Origin: Halalkalibacterium halodurans
Lineage (GTDB): Bacteria > Bacillota > Bacilli > Bacillales > Bacillaceae_D
Reading direction: 5' to 3'
Length of the DNA: 32,000 nucleotides
Assembly: GCF_004376175.1 (NCBI RefSeq)
Contig: NZ_SNUY01000036.1
Coordinates: forward strand, 1-32,000
The stretch's first letter is position 1. Each line of letters starts with the position of its first letter. Both the position numbers and the translations under genes were made by a program. Positions 27,060 through 32,000 of this stretch are shown here, one piece after another. Below the pieces are notes generated by a model, which saw only the letters and a list, made by a program, of their open reading frames with translations, did no database searches and was not told the DNA's origin.

Positions 27060-27995
27060 ATGAAAAAAGGATTACTTTGGATGATGCTAGTAGCACTTGC
27101 GGCATTCATGGTCGCGTGCTCGACCGAGTCCCCAGTGGATGAAGGAAATGCTGAAGGAGGTACAAGTGAAGGAGGGGACGGCGACTTCACGGTTGGTCTT
27201 TCCATCTCTACACTTAATAATCCATTCTTCGTAACCCTTCAAGAGGGAGCAGAAGCGAAAGCTGAGGAACTTGGAGTTGATCTAATTACAGTTGATGCAC
27301 AAGATGACGATGCAAAGCAAATTAGTGACGTGGAAGACTTAATCCAACGCGGGGTTGACCTAATTTTAATCAACCCTACCGATTCTACTTCCGTTACGTC
27401 TGCCATCGCGGCTGCGAATGCGGCGGGAATTCCTGTTATTACCGTTGACCGTGGCGCAGAAGGCGGAGAAGTCGCATCCCATATTGCCTCTGACAACGTC
27501 GCTGGTGGTGAAATGGCTGGAGAGCTTCTAAAAGAGCTTGTAGGCGAAGGTGCCGAAGTAGCTGAGCTTGAAGGAATTCCTGGCTCCTCTGCTGCTCGTG
27601 AGCGCGGAGAAGGCTTCCACAACGTTGCAGAAGGTAGCCTTGAAGTGGCAGCAAAACAAACAGCCAACTTTAACCGTGCCGAAGGACTAACCGTCATGGA
27701 AAACATTTTGCAAAGCAACCCTGAGATTACAGGTGTATTTGCTCACAATGACGAAATGGCACTAGGTGCCCTTGAAGCGATCGATGCTGCTGGTCGTGAT
27801 GACATTGTCATTGTCGGCTTTGATGCAACAGACGACGCAGTAGCTGCTGTGGAAGCTGGTCGTTTAGCGGGTACGGTCGCTCAACAACCAACGCTTATTG
27901 GTGAGACTGCGGTTGCAACAGCATTCTCTGTTCTTAGCGGAGACGATGTTGAAGAGTTTATCCCCGTTGATCTTGAGCTTGTAACAAACGAATAA
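27060..27995 (+). CDS. rbsB: Ribose-binding lipoprotein
   Basis: Lipoprotein signal MKKGLLWMMLVALAAFMVAC, with an AAAGGAGAGG RBS. The periplasmic-binding fold sequence includes LNNPFFVTLQEGA and VITVDR. Confidence 0.92.
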   Translation: MKKGLLWMMLVALAAFMVACSTESPVDEGNAEGGTSEGGDGDFTVGLSISTLNNPFFVTLQEGAEAKAEELGVDLITVDAQDDDAKQISDVEDLIQRGVDLILINPTDSTSVTSAIAAANAAGIPVITVDRGAEGGEVASHIASDNVAGGEMAGELLKELVGEGAEVAELEGIPGSSAARERGEGFHNVAEGSLEVAAKQTANFNRAEGLTVMENILQSNPEITGVFAHNDEMALGALEAIDAAGRDDIVIVGFDATDDAVAAVEAGRLAGTVAQQPTLIGETAVATAFSVLSGDDVEEFIPVDLELVTNE

Positions 27996-28009
27996 AAAGA
28001 AAAATCGTG

Positions 28010-28046
28010 GCTGTCTCAAAAGTCTATCTTTTGAGGCAGCTTTTCT
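28010..28046 (+). terminator. Rho-independent terminator of the rbs operon
   Basis: GCTGTCTCAAAAG pairs with CTTTTGAGGCAGC (13 bp, one G-U) around a 5-nt loop, followed by TTTTCTG. Confidence 0.8.
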
Positions 28047-28068
28047 GATTCGTTTTAGAAATCGCAAC

Positions 28069-28300
28069 TTGGCTAAAGTTCACACCACAGGCACAAGTGC
28101 AACATCGACTCACGCACCCTTTGTTTGCATTCGTCGTGTTTTCTTTGCGGCAGGCAACGCTCCAGCTTCCTCGAGGCCCCCCCACTCTCGACGATCTTCC
28201 GCTTTTGCTTTTCACGCAGGAGTCGCCGCCTGTCGCTCCCCCTGCTCATCAAGTGGAGTAGAAGATTTTTCCTCTATATTTAATGCGCGGAGACGATGAA
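28069..28300. other. GC-rich non-coding island resembling a recurrent Bacillaceae intergenic element
   Basis: There is no RBS and no family-like ORF. The reverse strand reads GGCGACTCCTGCGTGAAAAGC...CTCGAGGAAGCTGGAGCG. I recall this pattern from GC-rich intergenic sequences in Bacillus/Geobacillus that are often mis-called as Arg/Pro/Gly-rich hypothetical proteins. This rests on memory only. Confidence 0.3.
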
Positions 28301-28307
28301 TGACTTG

Positions 28308-28910
28308 TCATGACTGTATTGCCCCTTTCAAGAAAACATGGACGGTCTGCTCGACAATCGGCAGAACTCGCCTTTCGATCGAACGAATCGATTCATCTGA
28401 ATCTTTATACGTCATGATCATCCCGTGTAATGCGTAGTACAGCATCCTGCTTAGTGAAACGACCCGCTCCTCATTCCATGGTTGATGATTTAATGCAACC
28501 GCCTTCTTTAGCATGTCAAACAACTGCATGCGAATGTCGTTAAGCTCCCAAAGTGTTGTCGGAATATCAACACGTGTCGCTTCTGCATGAAGAAAGGCTT
28601 CATATAAATTGCGGTGAACCAAACCGAAATGAACAAACCGTTTGGCAAGGCCAACAAGCCGATCCGATGGTGTCACCGATGACTTGGTGAGAATTTGCCT
28701 CACATCCTCTCGTAACTCGTTGAGCGGCTTTTTTGCCAACAACTCAAGCAGTTTACGCTTCTCTCCATAATAAACATAAATGCTCGTATGGGAACACCCA
28801 GCTTTACGAGCAATTTCACGAACAGTTACTTGATGGTACCCCTTCACTTGAAATAGTTCTTCTGCTGCTTTTAAGATCCTTTCTTTGGCTTGCCCATCCT
28901 TTGTACTCAT
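28308..28910 (-). CDS. TetR/AcrR-family transcriptional regulator
   Basis: 200 aa. The N-terminal HTH is ILKAAEELFQVKGYHQVTVREIARKAGCSHTSIYVYY. Confidence 0.9.
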   Translation of the reverse strand: MSTKDGQAKERILKAAEELFQVKGYHQVTVREIARKAGCSHTSIYVYYGEKRKLLELLAKKPLNELREDVRQILTKSSVTPSDRLVGLAKRFVHFGLVHRNLYEAFLHAEATRVDIPTTLWELNDIRMQLFDMLKKAVALNHQPWNEERVVSLSRMLYYALHGMIMTYKDSDESIRSIERRVLPIVEQTVHVFLKGAIQS

Positions 28911-28928
28911 CTCTTTCTCCCTTTCTTA

Positions 28929-28941
28929 TAACCATTGGTTA
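28929..28941. promoter_or_regulatory. Candidate TetR operator palindrome in its own upstream region
   Basis: TAACCA-T-TGGTTA (6-1-6) begins 19 nt upstream of the TetR start codon. Confidence 0.35.
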
Positions 28942-29006
28942 CTAATATGCTACATTCTATTTCGTTTCAAGGCTCTCCTAAGAAGATAGCATATTTTTAA
29001 CATAAG

Positions 29007-29041
29007 AAAAAGGAGACAGTCCGATTTAACGGTCCATCTCC
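29007..29041 (-). terminator. Terminator of the acidic lipoprotein gene
   Basis: In minus-strand RNA, GGAGAUGGACC pairs with GGACUGUCUCC (8 Watson-Crick pairs, 2 G-U pairs, 1 mismatch) around an 8-nt loop, followed by UUUUUCUU. Confidence 0.55.
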
Positions 29042-29081
29042 CTTTCCAAAAAGGTGCATGTTAGGTGCTGCGTTTTTTTAA

Positions 29082-29339
29082 TTATTGGCCAGCTTCTTCG
29101 TCTTCGTCAGCTTCTTCTTCAAGCTCAAGCTCTTCGTCAAGATCATCTGCTGGTTCTTCTTCAAGGTCAGCTGCTGGATCTTCTTCAAGATCGGCTGCTG
29201 GATCCTCTACACCTGCTGGATCTTCTACACCTGCTGGATCTTCTTGCATATCGCCTTCTTCAACTGGTTCTCCACACGCAGCAAGTACGCCTAATGCTAA
29301 TACTGCAGAAGCAGTAGTCATCAATACTTTCTTTTTCAT
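29082..29339 (-). CDS. Small hyper-acidic repeat lipoprotein
   Basis: The signal peptide and lipobox are MKKKVLMTTASAVLALGVLAAC, and the RBS is AGGGGG. By hand count the mature part is 63 aa, with 32 Asp/Glu and no Lys/Arg/His. Peptide repeats are EDPAGV x2 and EDPAADLE x2. Confidence 0.75.
   Translation of the reverse strand: MKKKVLMTTASAVLALGVLAACGEPVEEGDMQEDPAGVEDPAGVEDPAADLEEDPAADLEEEPADDLDEELELEEEADEDEEAGQ
29156..29239. repeat. In-frame tandem DNA repeats inside the lipoprotein gene (2 x 24 bp, then 2 x 18 bp)
   Basis: 29156-29179 and 29180-29203 differ at 3 of 24 positions. 29204-29221 and 29222-29239 differ at 1 of 18 positions. Confidence 0.85.
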
Positions 29340-29506
29340 TTTAAAAAACCCCCTGATACAGTAATTGACTAACTTGATGTTGCTTTGCTGTTAGTCTGTG
29401 TGTATCTTAGCAAGGATATTCGTCTACGTCTATGAAATGCGTGGTTTTTCGGAATTCTCTTCCTAACTTTTCACTGTCTCTCACAGTTTCCCATAAATCC
29501 GTACTC

Positions 29507-29553
29507 AAAAAAACACAGCTAGTCCTTGTTATCACAAGGGTTGCCGTGTTTTT
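29507..29553. terminator. Bidirectional-looking terminator downstream of fabZ
   Basis: An A-run (29507-29513) is followed by an imperfect long hairpin, CACAGCTAGTCCTTGT...ACAAGGGTTGCCGTG, and then a T-run (29549-29553). Confidence 0.6.
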
Positions 29554-29649
29554 AGCATGTTATTGATATGTATGGCGACGAAGTGCCCTAACCTCATTGA
29601 GCGTGGCCATAATGTCTCAATTTCACTAAAATAAAAGACCAGAAGGGGA

Positions 29650-30072
29650 TTATTTAATGGCGAACATTAAATCCGTTTCCGCCACTGTTTTCCCATTTAC
29701 AGACGCAACGCCACGTCCTTTACCGACCGGACCTTTCATACGTACAATCTCCACTTCCAAACGAAGCTGATCACCTGGCTTCACTTGTTCCTTGAAGCGG
29801 CAATTATCGATTCCGGCAAAAAAGGCAAGCTTGCCTTTATTTTCTTCTACGTTTAAGATCGCGCATGCTCCTACTTGTGCCAACGCTTCCACAATTAAAA
29901 CCCCAGGCATCACAGGATAATCTGGAAAATGACCGTTAAAAAAGTCTTCGTTTACCGTTACATTTTTAATCCCTACCGCTCGCTTTCCGTCTTCTAATTC
30001 CTCTAAACGGTCAATGAGTAAAAACGGGTAGCGATGTGGAATAATTTTTTTAATGTCTTCAATGGTAAGCAT
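29650..30072 (-). CDS. fabZ: 3-hydroxyacyl-ACP dehydratase
   Basis: [22 protein letters not shown]...[23 protein letters not shown] is diagnostic. The start is at the second Met with an AAAGGTGG RBS. Confidence 0.95.
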   Translation of the reverse strand: MLTIEDIKKIIPHRYPFLLIDRLEELEDGKRAVGIKNVTVNEDFFNGHFPDYPVMPGVLIVEALAQVGACAILNVEENKGKLAFFAGIDNCRFKEQVKPGDQLRLEVEIVRMKGPVGKGRGVASVNGKTVAETDLMFAIK

Positions 30073-30182
30073 AGAGAACCACCTTTCGAATCGATTTATT
30101 TCGTTATTATACCACGACCACGTTATCAAGTCCTACTTGCGACGTGTCGTTACCGTGTATACGGGCAAACGAAAAAGGGAGT

Positions 30183-30485
30183 TTATTCTACTCCCTCAAT
30201 AATATCAAGAATATGACGCCATGTATCAGGACTCAGTGCATCTAATGGGGCGCCTCCACCTATGACTCCGTACCCAAATATTAGACCGAGAACTGCACTT
30301 GCGGCGATGAGGAATAGAACGACAATCAGGCGGAGCCAAATCGGAAATGCACGAATGCGAGCTTTGCGGTTCCCGACTTTTCGTTTTGATGTTTTCTCTT
30401 GCCGTTTGGCCTTACGCTTTTCAATCCGACTCGCTTTTTTCCCATTTTTAGTTGGCGCGGCTTTCGTTTCAGTTTGATCAATCAT
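30183..30485 (-). CDS. Small membrane protein with a Lys/Arg-rich N-terminal tail and one TM helix (function unknown)
   Basis: 100 aa. KKASRIEKRKAKRQEKTSKRKVGNRKARIR is followed by FPIWLRLIVVLFLIAASAVLGLIFGYGVIG. An AAGGGAG RBS is present. I recall similar proteins carrying a misleading RNA polymerase subunit name in databases; this is unverified. Confidence 0.6.
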   Translation of the reverse strand: MIDQTETKAAPTKNGKKASRIEKRKAKRQEKTSKRKVGNRKARIRAFPIWLRLIVVLFLIAASAVLGLIFGYGVIGGGAPLDALSPDTWRHILDIIEGVE

Positions 30486-30510
30486 GACGTGAATCTCCCT
30501 TAATTATTAG

Positions 30511-30554
30511 AAAAGACAAAAGCGCAAGGCACCTATTTTTTAGGTGACAAGCGC
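30511..30554 (-). terminator. Terminator downstream of flhP
   Basis: In minus-strand RNA, GCGCUUGUCACCUA pairs with UAGGUGCCUUGCGC (with an internal loop), followed by UUUUGUCUUUUCU. Confidence 0.55.
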
Positions 30555-30632
30555 TGTCCAGCTCTTAAACATGTTGTGCCTAATCCTACCCGCTGACCCA
30601 GAAGGAACAGCTTTCGATGAGTCGCTCTGTGA

Positions 30633-31475
30633 TTAACGACGTAGTCCGTTCACAAGCCCCATCATTTGATCGGCCATGCTCACAGAGCGGGCATTAAACT
30701 GATAATTCCGTTGTGTCTCAATCAAATCTGTCATCTCTCGGCCAATATCAACGTTTGAACCTTCAAGTGTGCCCTGCACCACTGCACCGCCACCTGCACC
30801 GACCGCTGCGTAGACCTCATTCTCTGCAAAGCCTAACGCCGCTAAGTCAGGAAGTTGAAACATATTTCCGCCGACAGCCTCAAGAAGTTGTGGCTTCATC
30901 ACTTGAATGAGCTGCAACTGTGCCGCTTGAACGTTCGCACCATTCGGCATGGTCACTTGGAGCGTCCCTTGATCGGTTAACGTAATCTCTTCAAATGTAG
31001 CCGGAATGTTAATGCGATTCCCGGCACTATCTAACAAATAATCGCCGTTTTGCGTAACAAGCTGAAGCAAGTTGTCATTGTTAGGGTTAGCCGTTAAGTA
31101 AAAAGCTCCATCTCGAGTCAGACGTGTAACGGGATTTCCGTCCACAACCGTCTCAATTTCAAAAAAAGAGGACGGATTGGCAATGGCAAAGTCAAGAGCA
31201 CGGTCGGTTGTCGTGAGTGTCCCTTGCTCCATGCGTAGAGCTGTCTGGCTTACTTTCGCTCCTGAACCGACACGAATACCGTTTGGGGTCAATCGACCCG
31301 TTTCATATTGGGTTGCTTTATTCGTATTCACCTGTTGGAATAACAAGTCAGAAAATGATGCTTCTCGCCGTTTATAGCCTGTCGTATTCGAGTTTGCGAT
31401 ATTATGTGATAGTGTATCAAGCTTTTTTTGAAGCTCTCCCATTGTGACAGATGCTGAAATCATCGATAAATTCAT
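30633..31475 (-). CDS. flhP: Flagellar hook-basal body rod protein (FlgG/FlgF family)
   Basis: 280 aa. The N-terminus is LSHNIANSNTTGYK and the C-terminus is LEGSNVDIGREMTDLIETQRNYQFNARSV. It lies next to flhO and fabZ, as in B. subtilis. Confidence 0.88.
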   Translation of the reverse strand: MNLSMISASVTMGELQKKLDTLSHNIANSNTTGYKRREASFSDLLFQQVNTNKATQYETGRLTPNGIRVGSGAKVSQTALRMEQGTLTTTDRALDFAIANPSSFFEIETVVDGNPVTRLTRDGAFYLTANPNNDNLLQLVTQNGDYLLDSAGNRINIPATFEEITLTDQGTLQVTMPNGANVQAAQLQLIQVMKPQLLEAVGGNMFQLPDLAALGFAENEVYAAVGAGGGAVVQGTLEGSNVDIGREMTDLIETQRNYQFNARSVSMADQMMGLVNGLRR

Positions 31476-31514
31476 GTTTGTGAACTCCTTATTTCAAGCA
31501 AGTAATTGCCTTTT

Positions 31515-32000
31515 CTACCCAATACGTCCCACTTCATTTACGGCTTTTCCGAGGCTCTCATCGTACGCACGAAGGACCTGTTGATTTGCTTCGAATGTGC
31601 GATAGGCTTGCATCATTTCCGTCATCGTTTGAGCCGCATCTACATTTGAACGTTCAATAAAGCCTTGTTGCAATTGGTAATTAACAGCCGCGTTACCGAC
31701 CCCTGTTGGCAACTCTCCGTCTCCTTCAAAGCGAAGAAGGCCATTTCCTTCTTTTACGAGTTGCATCGGATCTTCAGCCACGACGACGTTAATCTGTCCG
31801 ATGGCGGCACCTGCCTCATCGGTAATCATCCCATCGCCATCTACATTGAACCATTCATTGTTTACTTGCAATGGGTTTCCATCTGTTCCGAGAACATAAA
31901 AGCCATCGCCCGTTGTTAAAAAGCCGTCCCCGTCCACAGTGAAGTTTCCATTACGAGTGTAGCGAACCTCGCCGTTCTCATTCTGCACAGTGTAGAAGAG
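31515..32000 (-). CDS. flhO: Flagellar basal-body rod protein, 5'-truncated by the window end
   Basis: The C-terminus reads ERSNVDAAQTMTEMMQAYRTFEANQQVL. The reading frame stays open to position 32000. Confidence 0.85.
   Translation of the reverse strand, partial: LFYTVQNENGEVRYTRNGNFTVDGDGFLTTGDGFYVLGTDGNPLQVNNEWFNVDGDGMITDEAGAAIGQINVVVAEDPMQLVKEGNGLLRFEGDGELPTGVGNAAVNYQLQQGFIERSNVDAAQTMTEMMQAYRTFEANQQVLRAYDESLGKAVNEVGRIG

Noticed and set aside
27239-27718. 159-aa Ala/Ser/Pro-rich ORF antisense to rbsB; similar antisense ORFs occur inside rbsA, rbsC, rbsK, kdgK, capD and galU
   Set aside because: These are typical antisense open frames in G+C-richer genes. All are nested in strongly supported CDSs.
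29065-29364. 99-aa Ser-rich ORF (and an 87-aa Leu-rich ORF) on the plus strand opposite the acidic lipoprotein gene
   Set aside because: These are mirror-image artefacts of the GAA/GAT/GCT-rich repeats. They have no RBS, whereas the minus-strand frame has an RBS, a signal peptide, a lipobox and flanking terminators.
1-32000. Search by eye for CRISPR arrays, tRNA/rRNA genes, integrase or phage genes, and known defence-system signatures beyond mazEF
   Set aside because: No regularly spaced direct repeats, no tRNA-like or rRNA-like segments, and no ORFs with nuclease, helicase or methylase hallmarks were found. All large ORFs are accounted for by metabolic, transport, glycan, flagellar or IS functions.

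Overview
This is a Bacillaceae-type chromosomal window. The rbsRKDACB operon and the fabZ-flhP-flhO order match Bacillus subtilis synteny. The backbone has moderate G+C, and a TupA-type gene hints at an alkaliphilic Bacillus/Halalkalibacterium relative, which cannot be verified here.

Layout from left to right:
(1) 1 to about 1690: a partial IS110-family insertion sequence with a 427-aa DEDD transposase and more than 300 nt of 3' non-coding flank.
(2) About 1700-13200: a strongly AT-rich, all-minus-strand Wzx/Wzy-type glycan cassette. Sampled 60-nt lines are about 25-37% G+C, against about 55% in capD. It encodes a DegT-type aminotransferase, a small phosphoglycosyl transferase, a GNAT, a FemAB-fold transferase, two GT2s, a Wzy-like polymerase, a GT4, a Wzx flippase and a TupA-like ATP-grasp ligase. 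A truncated second copy of the aminotransferase and a scar-like junction lie upstream of it.
(3) 13220-15943: backbone-G+C galU and a membrane-anchored CapD/EpsC/PglF-type dehydratase. The dehydratase has a structured leader about 200 nt long.
(4) About 16150-18700: an AT-rich, gene-poor region whose only solid genes are an E. coli-type mazEF pair with a double-palindrome operator.
(5) An IclR-type regulator, kdgK and kdgA, with a repeated candidate operator.
(6) A Nudix hydrolase gene broken by a single-base frameshift.
(7) rbsRKDACB, with a textbook promoter and a cre/operator palindrome.
(8) An orphan TetR regulator, a tiny hyper-acidic repeat lipoprotein, fabZ, a small K/R-rich membrane protein, flhP and partial flhO.

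No tRNA, rRNA or CRISPR array was seen. The most interesting material is the mosaic glycan locus: a foreign cassette, a duplicated recombination anchor, amino-acid-ligating enzymes, an IS110 at its edge and a terminator-containing leader in front of the epsC homologue.
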